Part shown: in pieces, positions 19,860 through 31,245 of the stretch
Position numbering within the stretch: position 1 is the stretch's first letter
Layout of the letters: every line of letters starts with the position of its first letter
Assembly (NCBI GenBank): GCA_965227295.1
Contig: OZ245742.1
Coordinates: 3,360,001 to 3,424,000 of the forward strand
From: Leptonemataceae bacterium
Lineage (GTDB): Bacteria > Spirochaetota > Leptospiria > Leptospirales > Leptonemataceae
Direction: 5' to 3'
Length of the DNA: 64,000 bases
Program-made: the position numbers and the translations under genes
Notes under the pieces: generated by a model
Databases searched by the model: none
What the model was told of the DNA's origin: nothing
Seen by the model: only the letters and a program-made list of their open reading frames with translations

Positions 19860-20152
19860 TGCGGCTAATCTTAGTTTGTACGATGTTACGGCGTTCCCTG
19901 GTTGCCGTGCTGCTGCTCGCCGTGACGGCGTGCACGGCGCGGCCGAGCGAAGAGGAGTGTCTGCGCAGTCTGGAGAATTTTTTCCGAATCAGCACGGGCG
20001 GCATTCTGAGCGAGGCCGAAGTGCAGCGCATGGTTCAAGAACAGGACCGTGATCTCACGGCGGTCTGCCGCGAAAAGAAAAGCCGCGAGCAGGTATTGTG
20101 TGAAATCGAAGCGACGAACCTGGCGGAGCTGAAGGCGTGCGGGGCTCAGTGA
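19859..20152 (+). CDS. Small Cys-rich lipoprotein, resembling the LipL41 chaperone Lep / leptospiral 4-Cys family
   Basis: Lipobox-like TAC then EECL...C.EKK..QVLCE.....L.AC; overlaps the M48 stop codon. Confidence 0.55.
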   Translation: MRLILVCTMLRRSLVAVLLLAVTACTARPSEEECLRSLENFFRISTGGILSEAEVQRMVQEQDRDLTAVCREKKSREQVLCEIEATNLAELKACGAQ

Positions 20153-20217
20153 TCTTTTCGCCACAGAGAACACAGAGTCGCTTAAGCGGAAATCAACACC
20201 CCTGGCCCCTGCGACGG

Positions 20218-20631
20218 CTAACATTCCTTGATCGGAAAGCACACTTCCTGGCTGACGTTATTCCGGTCGCCGACCTTTGAATCCGAGAACGTCGCGAACC
20301 GGCCGTCCGGCAGGGCCATACAGTAGAAGTTCGCGTCTTCGTTTTGATGGTACAACGTGCCGTAGAGTCGCGGCGAGACGCCGTCCTGGAATTGCACGAG
20401 AAAGGTGAGGCCGTAGTGCCGCCGCAGTTCCTCCTCGGACGTGACGCGTTTCACCACCTTTTGCTTGAGGCCGCGGGTGGTGTCGCAGTTGTCCGGAATG
20501 CCGCGATGAAAGGTGACTGCCCCCTTTTCACTGCGGCCCGTAAAGAGGGCGCAACTTCCGGCCAGCAGGGCGAGCAGGCAGACGGCAGCCGTGTTTGCGA
20601 ATAACGTGGGACGGGAAGAATGATTCATCAT
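20218..20631 (-). CDS. Hypothetical lipoprotein
   Basis: Signal peptide ending LAGSC; three further Cys. Confidence 0.65.
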   Translation of the reverse strand: MMNHSSRPTLFANTAAVCLLALLAGSCALFTGRSEKGAVTFHRGIPDNCDTTRGLKQKVVKRVTSEEELRRHYGLTFLVQFQDGVSPRLYGTLYHQNEDANFYCMALPDGRFATFSDSKVGDRNNVSQEVCFPIKEC

Positions 20632-20687
20632 AAGGTTTACAGAAAAAGTACGGCGCGAAAAATCTGACAAGACCTTTCCCGTCTGCC

Positions 20688-21875
20688 ATGAACACCGTCA
20701 GCCCCGCAGAACTCTCCGATCTCGAACGTTATGAGGATGAACTTCTCGCCCCGTACGCCATGCTGCACCGGCATCACGGCGGGCGCATTCACGGTTCCGA
20801 GCCCCATGCCTATCGCACGGCGTATCAGCGAGACCGGGACCGCGTCATTCATTCGAAGGCGTTTCGCCGCCTCGGCTACAAAACTCAGGTCTTCGTCAAT
20901 CATGAGGGGGACAACTATCGCACGCGCTTGACGCACTCTCTCGAAGTGGCGCAGGTTTCGCGTAGCATTTGCGGGGCGCTGCGTTTGAACCGGGACTTCG
21001 CCGAAACCCTGGCGCTGGCCCACGACCTCGGGCACACGCCCTTCGGTCACGCGGGCCAGGACGCCCTGGACGATTGCATGCGCGAGCACGGCGGCTTCGA
21101 GCATAACTGCCAGTCCCTGCGCCTGGTCAGCGGCCTGGAAGCCCGCTATCCGGGCTACGCCGGCCTTAACTTAACACGGTCATCACTTAAGGGCATGATG
21201 AAACACGCCCGCATCTACGATGTGGACGACAGCCTGCGCGAAATTTGCAATGAACGCGGCCGGGAAGTCATGAGCCTCGAAGCCTCGCTGGTGGATCACT
21301 GCGATCGCATCGCTTACATTCATCACGACCTGGAAGACGGACTGGACTCGCGCATCCTGGAACTCGCCGAACTGCACGAGATCGCGGTGTGGCGGGACAT
21401 GTATCGCGAGACCGAGGCCGCCGGCGGGGAGACGTTTCGCACGGCCCGGGAGCCGCTGCGTCTGCGCGCCGTGATCCGCCGCATGATGGACGCGTCCATC
21501 GCGGATCTGTTCGCAACGACGAAGGCCAATCTCGAACGCCTGGAGCCGCAAGATCTTACGGAAGTCCTGAACATGCCGGCCCACGATCATCCCGTGCGGT
21601 ACGGCAGCGAGATGCGCGAGCGTCTGGCCGAACTTCAGCGTTTGCTGTTCAAGCGGTTGTATCGTTTCCCGCGGGTGGAGCAGATGTCTCGCCGGGGCCA
21701 GCGCATCATTTCGTTTCTCTTTCGCGAGTACGTCGAACATCCCGGCATGATGCCCGCGCACTACCAGGAACGCATTGCGGAAATCGGCGTGCATCGCACG
21801 GTGTGCGATTACGTTTCCGGTATGACCGATCGTTTCGCGGCGGAGCAGTATCGTTATCTCACCGGCGAAGAGTAA
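20688..21875 (+). CDS. dgt: Deoxyguanosinetriphosphate triphosphohydrolase-like HD protein
   Basis: RDRDRVIHSKAFRRL, RTRLTHSLEV, HDLGHTPFGHAG, DYVSGMTDRFA. Confidence 0.92.
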   Translation: MNTVSPAELSDLERYEDELLAPYAMLHRHHGGRIHGSEPHAYRTAYQRDRDRVIHSKAFRRLGYKTQVFVNHEGDNYRTRLTHSLEVAQVSRSICGALRLNRDFAETLALAHDLGHTPFGHAGQDALDDCMREHGGFEHNCQSLRLVSGLEARYPGYAGLNLTRSSLKGMMKHARIYDVDDSLREICNERGREVMSLEASLVDHCDRIAYIHHDLEDGLDSRILELAELHEIAVWRDMYRETEAAGGETFRTAREPLRLRAVIRRMMDASIADLFATTKANLERLEPQDLTEVLNMPAHDHPVRYGSEMRERLAELQRLLFKRLYRFPRVEQMSRRGQRIISFLFREYVEHPGMMPAHYQERIAEIGVHRTVCDYVSGMTDRFAAEQYRYLTGEE

Positions 21876-21877
21876 GA

Positions 21878-22258
21878 TCAACCGGTGCGCCACCAATGAC
21901 CCAGGGCATAACCCGCGAACGCCAGCAGCACGCCGCCGATAACGGACACGCCGGCGTAAACGAACGCTAACATCATCTGGCCGCGCTGTAAGAAAAAGAC
22001 GATGTCCAGGCTGAACGTGGAAAACGTCGTAAACGAACCCAGCAGCCCCACCATAAAAAACAAACGCCACGCCGGATGCGCGGCGAAGGCGTCCGCGGCA
22101 CCGGCGGCGAGCAGGGCGATGACGAAGGAACCGAGCCAGTTCGCGACTACGATGCCGTAGGGAAAATCGGAACCGCTTGCGCGAAGAAAACCCAGCACCG
22201 TCCAGTAACGCAGGAAGGTGCCGAGGATGCCGCCGGCGGCCAGAGCGAGATACTGCAT
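21878..22258 (-). CDS. crcB: Fluoride channel Fluc/CrcB
   Basis: GGILGTFLRY, FPYG..N, GLLGSFTTFSTF. Confidence 0.95.
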   Translation of the reverse strand: MQYLALAAGGILGTFLRYWTVLGFLRASGSDFPYGIVVANWLGSFVIALLAAGAADAFAAHPAWRLFFMVGLLGSFTTFSTFSLDIVFFLQRGQMMLAFVYAGVSVIGGVLLAFAGYALGHWWRTG

Positions 22259-22360
22259 GGCCCAGCACAGCTCTCCGGCCCTCGAAGACCAGCGGAATTT
22301 CCGTTATCGCTTTTCGCGAATGCGCCGATACAAATACACAGGGACACCGAGGAGAGAGTC

Positions 22361-22795
22361 ATGTCGAGAAGCACCATCTACGCCGGCCGTGATACCGACG
22401 TTCATATCGAGGACATCCGTTACGAAATTACCATCAAGGCCTCGCCGGCCGCGGTGTTCGACGCTCTCGTGGATGCCCGCGTCATCGACGAATGGGGCGG
22501 CGGCCCGGCTCGCATCCAGGCCCGGCCTAACGGCCGCTATTCCCTCTGGGACGGCGAGATGTTCGGTACGGTGAAAGAGATCGAATACCCGCGCCGCCTG
22601 GTGCACACGCTCCGCGAAGCGCACTGGGACGAATCCTGCTTCGACTCCCTCGTGACCTGGACGCTCGAAGAGAACGAACGCGGCACGCTGCTCACGCTCA
22701 ATCACTCCGGCCTGCCCACGCGCAAGATTCGCGAGATCCACAACGACGGCTGGGGAGAATACTTCCTGGGGCCGCTTAAAGTACATTTAGAATAA
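22361..22795 (+). CDS. SRPBCC (AHSA1-like) domain protein
   Basis: GAGGAG RBS; VFDAL, PRRLVHT, TLLTLNHSGL, GW..YF..LK..LE. Confidence 0.85.
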   Translation: MSRSTIYAGRDTDVHIEDIRYEITIKASPAAVFDALVDARVIDEWGGGPARIQARPNGRYSLWDGEMFGTVKEIEYPRRLVHTLREAHWDESCFDSLVTWTLEENERGTLLTLNHSGLPTRKIREIHNDGWGEYFLGPLKVHLE

Positions 22796-22844
22796 CTTAG
22801 CCGCCCTGAAGAAAGTGATGGGGTAAAAGATTGCTCAAGCCTTG

Positions 22845-24207
<1,363 letters not shown>

Positions 24208-24233
24208 GTTAAAGTCATTCAAGCAATCACCGC

Positions 24234-24656
24234 ATGACAGCCGGAAAACACATGGGCCCGGGCGGCCGTCCTTATCAGGCGCTCATCTGCGAAGACAAAA
24301 AGCAGGAAGCCCAGCGCCTGCGCCAGATCCTGGAAAGCCGCGGCTATCACGTGGTGGACGTCGCCGAAAACGGCCGCGATCTACTGCGCATGCTCGAAGA
24401 ACATCGCGGGAAGATCGACTTCGTCATGCTCGACATCATCATGCCGGTCCTCGACGGCTACGCGGCGTTCCATGAAATGATCGAACAAAAGCACAGCGTG
24501 CGTACGATCTTCCTGTCCGTAGAAAATTCGAAGGCCGTCATCGAAAGCCTGCTACGTCTGGGAGCGGCGGAGTACATTACGAAACCCTTTGATCGCGACA
24601 GCGTGTTGCAAAAGGTCGAAAAGGCCCTGACGAAGAAAGCACCGGTTTATGAGTAA
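24234..24656 (+). CDS. Single-domain response regulator (CheY-like)
   Basis: ICED, LDIIMPVLDG, YITKPF. Confidence 0.9.
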   Translation: MTAGKHMGPGGRPYQALICEDKKQEAQRLRQILESRGYHVVDVAENGRDLLRMLEEHRGKIDFVMLDIIMPVLDGYAAFHEMIEQKHSVRTIFLSVENSKAVIESLLRLGAAEYITKPFDRDSVLQKVEKALTKKAPVYE

Positions 24657-24664
24657 GAAGTTTC

Positions 24665-24838
24665 ACTCCGAGGACCGAGGGGCCGGTTTTTTTGGGGAGA
24701 GTGATCGTACTGCGAACGTGTTCGGGCTATGAAGGCTTTTGATTTCTGAATCAGGACAGTCGAAGCGTGCATAGCCAGTACGCGTTCAGACTCAGACCAC
24801 CCTCACAATCTTCGCCTCGGTACCTCGGTCCTCGGCGT
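24665..24838. repeat. REP/MITE-like family A full copy (about 174 bp)
   Basis: ACTCCGAGGACCGAGG ... CCTCGGTACCTCGGTCCTCGG ends; internal GCTATG/CATAGC as in 37996-38167. Confidence 0.8.
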
Positions 24839-24848
24839 AAAACCAATC

Positions 24849-25385
24849 TCAGTCCTTCCGGCGTTTGCGGAAATCCACTTCGATCACCCGCGACTCGTCG
24901 CCGGGCTTGCCCTTGTCTTTCGAAGCCGTGCGCTTGCCGCCGCTTTTCGCCGCTTTGTCCGTGGGGAAGGACTGCACGTCACCGTCTTCTTTCTTCGAAG
25001 CGGAGTTCGATTCCCCGGCTTTCGTTTCGTCGCCGGCGCTCTCTTCTTCCGGGGACGGCGTCGCCCATTGCATAATCACCTGACCGCCCTTATCGAAGAC
25101 GCGGCCGATGCACTCGTACGGGATCTGCACGCCTTCCCAACGATTGAACTGCAGCTCGCAGTACAGAAAGTCCTCGTCCCAGGAAAGATGGCGCGTGCTG
25201 TAGGGACCAAAGACCAGGACGATGCCTTCTTCTTTTTCCCGTTCCTGCAAACCGCGCGTGCCGATGACCAGGCGATCGTGGGGCATGCAGTGAATATAGA
25301 ACGTGTCGCAGTGCTGAAACATCACGTCGAGCACGGCCTTTTTCAGCACGCGGTTCTGAGTTAGGATTCCTTCGTCGTCAGCCAT
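24849..25385 (-). CDS. SspB-like ClpXP adaptor (stringent starvation protein B family)
   Basis: L.WD...LYCELQF...VQIPYECI followed by a disordered tail ending VIEVDF. Confidence 0.65.
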   Translation of the reverse strand: MADDEGILTQNRVLKKAVLDVMFQHCDTFYIHCMPHDRLVIGTRGLQEREKEEGIVLVFGPYSTRHLSWDEDFLYCELQFNRWEGVQIPYECIGRVFDKGGQVIMQWATPSPEEESAGDETKAGESNSASKKEDGDVQSFPTDKAAKSGGKRTASKDKGKPGDESRVIEVDFRKRRKD

Positions 25386-25415
25386 GGTTTTGTTCCCGGA
25401 AGTACCGGAGATGTG

Positions 25416-26240
25416 TTACACGATGCGGATCGCGTTCAGGTTGCGTCCGCGGTCGCCGCGCCGGTGGGAAAAGAAACTGGAGTTGGCCTCGTAGGTGCAA
25501 CCATCCGACAGCGGTTCCAGCCATTCCACTGCAACGCCGTCGTCTTTCAAGTGTTCCCGGCCCCCGGCACGTAAAAAGTCCTGTCGATGCATCCGGAATT
25601 TGCGCAGGGCTTCCTCGACCTGTAGCCGTGCCTCCGCGGCCAGATCCAGGCGAAACTTTTCCGGACTGCGCTGTGGGTCCAGTCCGCCCGGACGTACCTG
25701 GGTAAAATGCCGGGCGACATCCTCGCCGACCTCGTAGAAATCCCTGCTGATGCACGGCCCGACCCAGACGCTGCCGCTGATCCTGGTCCCATTCGGGAAC
25801 ATACGGAGCACCCGCCCCAGGGTTTTGCCGATGATGTGCGCGTGCATGCCGCGCCAGCCGGCATGAATCACACCAACGAAGGTTCCTGCGCCCTCATCCG
25901 GAGCGCGGAGCGCAAAGAACAGCGGCAGGCAGTCGGCAGTGCGCACGACGAGCAAGATCCCGGCGTCATTCGTGAAGAGGGCGTCCGCTTCGGCAAAATG
26001 GGCCTGATGAAAGGCCTTATGCAACTCCTCCGCATTATCGAAAACGCGCACACTGGTTTCGCCATGGACCTGTTTTAGAAATACGATGCGTTCTTCCGGA
26101 ACGCCGGTATGCTCCGCGAGCCAGCGGCGTTCCCGGCGGCGCTGCTCGTCGGCATCGGCCTCCGGCGGCTCCCCGAGTTCCGGCTTTGCCGCGGTAAAGG
26201 CATCCACTCCGGGTTCACCGGGTAGATCATACGAAATCAT
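25416..26240 (-). CDS. YfiH/PgeF polyphenol oxidase (laccase-domain) family protein
   Basis: QVHG, ADALFT, TADCLP, HAGWRG, GPCI, YEVG, FFSHRR. Confidence 0.92.
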   Translation of the reverse strand: MISYDLPGEPGVDAFTAAKPELGEPPEADADEQRRRERRWLAEHTGVPEERIVFLKQVHGETSVRVFDNAEELHKAFHQAHFAEADALFTNDAGILLVVRTADCLPLFFALRAPDEGAGTFVGVIHAGWRGMHAHIIGKTLGRVLRMFPNGTRISGSVWVGPCISRDFYEVGEDVARHFTQVRPGGLDPQRSPEKFRLDLAAEARLQVEEALRKFRMHRQDFLRAGGREHLKDDGVAVEWLEPLSDGCTYEANSSFFSHRRGDRGRNLNAIRIV

Positions 26241-26887
26241 AGCGAATTGCCGGAGTAAAGATCGTGAGTGCGCTGGAGTTCGGCTTCCTCTTCCAGAGAA
26301 AGCACGTCCTGAGGCACCAGGTACTTATGCAGCGCGGCGCCATTGTCTTGATCGGCGGAACCGTTCAGCGCAGCCACGGATTCGATGACCCGTCCCAGGA
26401 GCCCCAGGAACGGGACCGTGGGCGCGGTGTTTAAGTCGAGGCGACGACCGGACGGAGCGGAAGTCCCGTCCGGCACCTGCGTGTTCTGGAGATCGAAGCG
26501 GCGCGGGTAAAGATAGAACGCCAACAGCTTGCGGCCTGGCGAGTAGATGTGCGTGAGCAGGTAGCGATCGCTCCGGGCGAGTTCGGGGATGAGGATGATT
26601 TCCTGGACCCCGCGAAAAAAGTCGGGCGGGATCTCTCCGTCCGGCGCGGTCGACGCTCCGGAGGACATGGCCATGCTCAGACGATGGGCGAGCTGGTCCG
26701 GCGTGTAGGTGCAGTTCTGTCGACGTCGCGTGAGGCGTTCCCGGGACCGCACGCGCAGTCGATACCGTCCGGCGCGCAGAATGCGTGAGTGCAGGCCCTG
26801 AGAATGGTCCTGGAAGTCTTCCAGCTTTTCGCGGATGCGATCTTCGAGTTCGTGCTGATCGAACGGGTTGTCGCCGGTCTCGCTCAT
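26237..26887 (-). CDS. Hypothetical protein
   Basis: ATG at 26887; ATGA overlap with the yfiH-like gene. Confidence 0.65.
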   Translation of the reverse strand: MSETGDNPFDQHELEDRIREKLEDFQDHSQGLHSRILRAGRYRLRVRSRERLTRRRQNCTYTPDQLAHRLSMAMSSGASTAPDGEIPPDFFRGVQEIILIPELARSDRYLLTHIYSPGRKLLAFYLYPRRFDLQNTQVPDGTSAPSGRRLDLNTAPTVPFLGLLGRVIESVAALNGSADQDNGAALHKYLVPQDVLSLEEEAELQRTHDLYSGNSL

Positions 26888-26969
26888 GCTCTTGCGATAA
26901 TAGCGAGATGGGGGCGCTCGTAAATCGATTTTTTGTAGGCCCGGCGCACCCCGTGGCGACGCTGGTACC

Positions 26970-27671
26970 GTGAAGTTTGCGGCACACCTGCCATATCCCG
27001 GCCGACCGGCCAATCGCCGATTGCTCAAGATCTGCGGCAACCGTTTTGCGGAGGACGCCTTTTTGGTGGCCGCCGCCGGCCCGGACCTCATGGGCTGGAT
27101 CTTTTCGCCAAAGAGCCCGCGGCGCATTCCCGTGAACCTGGCCGCGCGCCTGATCCAGACGCTGCGCCGGGAGCATCCGTACATTCGTCACGTCGGGGTC
27201 TTTGCGCGGAACAGCGTGCCGGAGGTCCTGGGCATCGATGCGGCCCTGAGTGAACCCGACGGCCGGCCGCTGCTGGACTTTTTGCAGATTGTGGAGGGAC
27301 CTGGTTTTCTCTCAGTCATCGCGCAGCATGGGCGATTCTTTGATCGCATTCTGCCGGTACTGCGCGTGTCCCGTCCGTTGACGGACCTGGACTTCGCCGC
27401 CCTCGGGCATCATGCCCTGTACTTGATGGATGCGTACGTCCCGGGCCGGCCCGGGGGAACGGGGCGGAGACTCGCGCCGGAGTTCGTCGCGCATGTCCGC
27501 CGGCCCTATCTCCTCGCGGGGGGATTGAAACCCGACAACGTTGCCGAAGCTCTGCGATTGTCCGGGGCCGCCGGCGCGGATGTGAGCTCCGGCCTGGAAA
27601 TTCCGGGACTACCCGGGCGCAAAGATCCGGCGTTGGTTCGCGGTTTCGTCGCGGCGGTGCGGGGGATATAA
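26970..27671 (+). CDS. trpF: N-(5'-phosphoribosyl)anthranilate isomerase
   Basis: KICG, PKSPR, VGVF, GGTG, LAGGLKPDNV, DVSSGLE, KD. Confidence 0.92.
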   Translation: MKFAAHLPYPGRPANRRLLKICGNRFAEDAFLVAAAGPDLMGWIFSPKSPRRIPVNLAARLIQTLRREHPYIRHVGVFARNSVPEVLGIDAALSEPDGRPLLDFLQIVEGPGFLSVIAQHGRFFDRILPVLRVSRPLTDLDFAALGHHALYLMDAYVPGRPGGTGRRLAPEFVAHVRRPYLLAGGLKPDNVAEALRLSGAAGADVSSGLEIPGLPGRKDPALVRGFVAAVRGI

Positions 27672-27787
27672 ACTTCTTCTATCCACATCCTATCCACGCA
27701 CTTCAAAATGTTCACAGTGCCCGTTGAATACTTGCGCTCCCATCGTGCGGCGTTCATGCTGTCCGGATTACGTCGCATTCAAGAATT

Positions 27788-30409
27788 ATGGCAGCAGCAC
27801 AGAAATCAGCAACGCGCAAATCCGCATCGTCGAAGAGCAGCGATCCCCTCGATACGCCGTTCATGCGGCAGTATCTGGAACTCAAAGACCAACACCCGGA
27901 CGCGATTCTCTTTTTTCGTATGGGGGACTTCTACGAACTCTTCCTGGAAGATGCGGAAATTGCCGCGCCCATCATGGACGTCGCGCTTACGAAGCGCCAG
28001 AACGAAATCCCCATGTGCGGCGTGCCCCATCACAGCACCGAAACTTACATTGCCCGACTGTTAGGCCGCGGCAAACGCGTGGCCGTGGCCGAGCAGGAGG
28101 CCGACCCGGAAAACCCGAAGCTCATGCGGCGCGTGGTGCGGCGGGTGATCACCCAGGGCACCGTGGTCGAAGACTCGCTCCTGGACGGGGCGGGGCATAA
28201 CTTTCTCATGAGCGTGGTGCCGAACGAAGAGTGCGACGGCGCCGGCATCGCCGTGGCGGACGTATCCACCGGCGACTTCTTTTGTTTCGAAACGCAACCC
28301 TCGGGAACCGGCGAGCCCCGTGCCGACTTTACCCAGGCCCTGCGCGACGCGTTCTCGCACTACGTGCCCCGGGAAATTCTGGTGCCCACGGATTTTCTTA
28401 AGTTCGCGCAGAATGTCTTTAGCGAGAGCCCTGGAGCCTGCGTACCCGTCGAGGACTGGCGCGCGTCGCCCACCGAGGGCCGCCGGCAGATCGAACAGAA
28501 GTTCGCAACGAAGTTGAAGGGACTTGGATTCCCGGAGGACGCCGAGCGTTCCCCGTTACCGTCCCTCGGCGCCGTTGCCCTGGTCTTGCACTACGTCAAT
28601 CGTACGTTTCCCAACGACGACGTGCAACTGAGTCCGCCGGTCTTTCGCAGCGTACGGGATCGGTACATGGTCCTGGACGAACAGAGCATTCGTAATCTGG
28701 ACCTGGTTTCGAATGCCGTCGAGGGCGGCGCGTCCCGTTCGCTCTACGGCGTGCTGGACCAATGTCGTACGCCGGTGGGTAAACGTTATCTGAAGCAAAG
28801 TTTACTGGCGCCGTTGCTGGATGCCGAAGAAATCGCGCGGCGACAGGACATCGTCGAGGTCTTCGCCGAACGCCTGGGGCTGCGCGAGAATCTTACGGCC
28901 GGGCTCGGTCAGGTCTACGATCTGGAGCGCGTGCTTTCGCGCACGGCCGCCGGTCGTGGCGCCCCCCGGGACTTCGCGGCCCTCACGAATACGGTGCGGG
29001 CCGCGGAAAGTCTCGGCGGTCTGTTGAACGCCGCAGCCGGGGAAGATGCGGAACAACTGCGGGGTCTGATCAGCGTACCCGGAGAGCTCATGCAACTCGC
29101 GGTGCACTTCGAAGAGCACATTGTCGACGAACCGCCGGCCGTTCTGGGTAACGGCCCGCTGATCCGGGCCGGAGTGGACGAAGAACTGGACCGCGCCCGC
29201 GAGGCCCAGGAGCGCGGCTCGCGCTGGATCGCCGACTTCGAAAAAGAAGAACGCGACAAAACCGGCATTACGGCCCTGCGCGTGAAGTACAACAAAATCC
29301 ACGGCTACTTCATCGAGATCAGCAAGGGCCAGGCCGACCAGGCCCCCGGCGATTACGTGCGGCGGCAGACTTTGGTGGGCTACGAACGTTTCACCAGCGA
29401 TCGCTTAGAAGAACTTCAGCGTACCTTACTGGAAGCCGACGAGGTCATCACCCGCGTCGAGGGCCGCCTCTTCCGCGACCTGGGGCACCTGATGCTGCAA
29501 CACACCGACGCCCTGCGCCGGCTCATGCGATCCATCGCGCACCTGGACTTTCTGTTGAGCCTGGCCCGGTGCGCGGTGAGCGGCAACTGGGTGCGCCCGG
29601 AAATGTTCGCCCTGGACGAGGATGGTGCCGCCGGCGAGCTCGTAATCCGCGACGGCCGGCATCCGGTGGTCGAGAAGTTTCTGCCCACGGGCGACGCCTT
29701 TATCCCGAACGATTCCATTATGGATACGACGGAGCGGCGTTACGCGATCATCACCGGGCCGAACATGGCCGGTAAGTCGACGTACATCCGGCAACTCGGC
29801 CTCATTCAACTGCTCGCGCAGATCGGTTCGTTCGTGCCGGCGGCCGGAGCGCAGTTGCCCATCGTCGATCGCATCTTTACGCGGATCGGCGCCTCGGACA
29901 ATCTGACCCGCGGCGAGTCCACGTTCTTCGTGGAAATGCTGGAAACCGCGCGGATCCTGAATCAGTGCAGCCCCCGTTCGCTTGTGATCATGGACGAGGT
30001 CGGTCGCGGCACATCCACGTACGACGGCATCTCGTTGGCCTGGGCCATCACGGAATTCCTCAGCGACGACGCCGGTCCGCGGCCGCTCACGGTCTTCGCG
30101 ACGCACTATCACGAACTCACGGTCCTGGCCGAGCGCGAGGGTGTGTTCAATCTTACCATGGACGTTCAGGACACCGGCGACCGCGTGATCTTTCTGCACA
30201 AGGTCAAAGAGGGCGCCGCGGACCGCAGTTACGGCATCCACGTTGCGAAACTCGCCGGCCTGCCGGAGTCGGTGCTAACCCGCGCGAACGAAAAGTTAGC
30301 GGAGTTGGAGTCGGATCTGGATCGCAATCGTGAAGAAACGCGCAAAGCGGCCACGACGGCCCGGCGGCGGAAGATGGACGAGGACGCGCAGGGCGAGTTG
30401 TTCGGTTGA
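27788..30409 (+). CDS. mutS: DNA mismatch repair protein MutS
   Basis: FFRMGDFYELF, TGPNMAGKST, STFFVEM, DEVGRGTST, THYHEL, SYGIHVA; C-terminal QGELF clamp-binding-like motif. Confidence 0.98.
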   Translation: MAAAQKSATRKSASSKSSDPLDTPFMRQYLELKDQHPDAILFFRMGDFYELFLEDAEIAAPIMDVALTKRQNEIPMCGVPHHSTETYIARLLGRGKRVAVAEQEADPENPKLMRRVVRRVITQGTVVEDSLLDGAGHNFLMSVVPNEECDGAGIAVADVSTGDFFCFETQPSGTGEPRADFTQALRDAFSHYVPREILVPTDFLKFAQNVFSESPGACVPVEDWRASPTEGRRQIEQKFATKLKGLGFPEDAERSPLPSLGAVALVLHYVNRTFPNDDVQLSPPVFRSVRDRYMVLDEQSIRNLDLVSNAVEGGASRSLYGVLDQCRTPVGKRYLKQSLLAPLLDAEEIARRQDIVEVFAERLGLRENLTAGLGQVYDLERVLSRTAAGRGAPRDFAALTNTVRAAESLGGLLNAAAGEDAEQLRGLISVPGELMQLAVHFEEHIVDEPPAVLGNGPLIRAGVDEELDRAREAQERGSRWIADFEKEERDKTGITALRVKYNKIHGYFIEISKGQADQAPGDYVRRQTLVGYERFTSDRLEELQRTLLEADEVITRVEGRLFRDLGHLMLQHTDALRRLMRSIAHLDFLLSLARCAVSGNWVRPEMFALDEDGAAGELVIRDGRHPVVEKFLPTGDAFIPNDSIMDTTERRYAIITGPNMAGKSTYIRQLGLIQLLAQIGSFVPAAGAQLPIVDRIFTRIGASDNLTRGESTFFVEMLETARILNQCSPRSLVIMDEVGRGTSTYDGISLAWAITEFLSDDAGPRPLTVFATHYHELTVLAEREGVFNLTMDVQDTGDRVIFLHKVKEGAADRSYGIHVAKLAGLPESVLTRANEKLAELESDLDRNREETRKAATTARRRKMDEDAQGELFG

Positions 30410-30462
30410 GTCCGTCAGCTGAGGCAGGAGAGGGTGAGAGCGTCCTTGGTGGGATTCAATCT

Positions 30463-31245
30463 CTACGAGAAGGTGAACTCGAAAGAATCTCGATATTGAA
30501 TTCCCGGGCAGTATTTTCGGAAAAGCTTTGCCAGTTCTACTTCAATATCTCCGGATGGATTCCCAAGTCTATAGTATGAATGGAATGGTTGATAATGTGT
30601 TTCTAAAAGAGAGCGCTCCGAGTTGGTGATTTTTTCGTTACTCAGAATCTCCTTCATCATTTTGAGACTGATACGGACAGGAATTTCTCCTGGCCTCAGT
30701 TTCGCCTGCTTGACTGAAACTTGTGCTTGAGTCGTATACGTGCCTGAGCTATAGAGTTTGCGCCGGGCGTTGCTGACGATCTTTAACAATTCGAGACTGA
30801 GCGCTTCTGCAAGAAACGGCGAATACATGAACATCTTTGATTTGCCACTCGAAGAGTCTAAATATCGAATGTCGGCAAAATTGATGTGGCTTATCTGATC
30901 CAGCATGCTCTGACCATCCTGACTCAGACTGCCCCGAATGTTTAGCTGCAAATCATTGACTATGGCTTGAATATTGTGTCCATAGTTGCGAATCTCTCTG
31001 GGCGGTTTCTTCGGCTGCTCTATCGCGAGAAGCATTTTGAGCGATTTCTCAGTGAACGCCATAAGATGCTGTATTTGAGTGGTAATATCAGGCCATGGCA
31101 AGCTGTCCGTAATCCCGCTGCCATTCGCATTCGTTTCGATTGGCATACTCACATACATGGATAGATTTTTGCTATCAAGGATGTTCTTTTTTATGTAGTG
31201 ATAGTCGTAAAGGGCTGCCATGTAGAGTCGATCAATATGGTTCAT
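30463..31245 (-). CDS. HEPN-like domain protein on an AT-richer islet
   Basis: EKSLK...GHNI...IRY pattern; composition visibly more AT-rich than the flanks. Confidence 0.55.
   Translation of the reverse strand: MNHIDRLYMAALYDYHYIKKNILDSKNLSMYVSMPIETNANGSGITDSLPWPDITTQIQHLMAFTEKSLKMLLAIEQPKKPPREIRNYGHNIQAIVNDLQLNIRGSLSQDGQSMLDQISHINFADIRYLDSSSGKSKMFMYSPFLAEALSLELLKIVSNARRKLYSSGTYTTQAQVSVKQAKLRPGEIPVRISLKMMKEILSNEKITNSERSLLETHYQPFHSYYRLGNPSGDIEVELAKLFRKYCPGIQYRDSFEFTFS

Noticed and set aside
22259..22360. Possible fluoride riboswitch upstream of crcB
   Set aside because: The GGNGATG...CTGATG consensus was not found on the minus strand.
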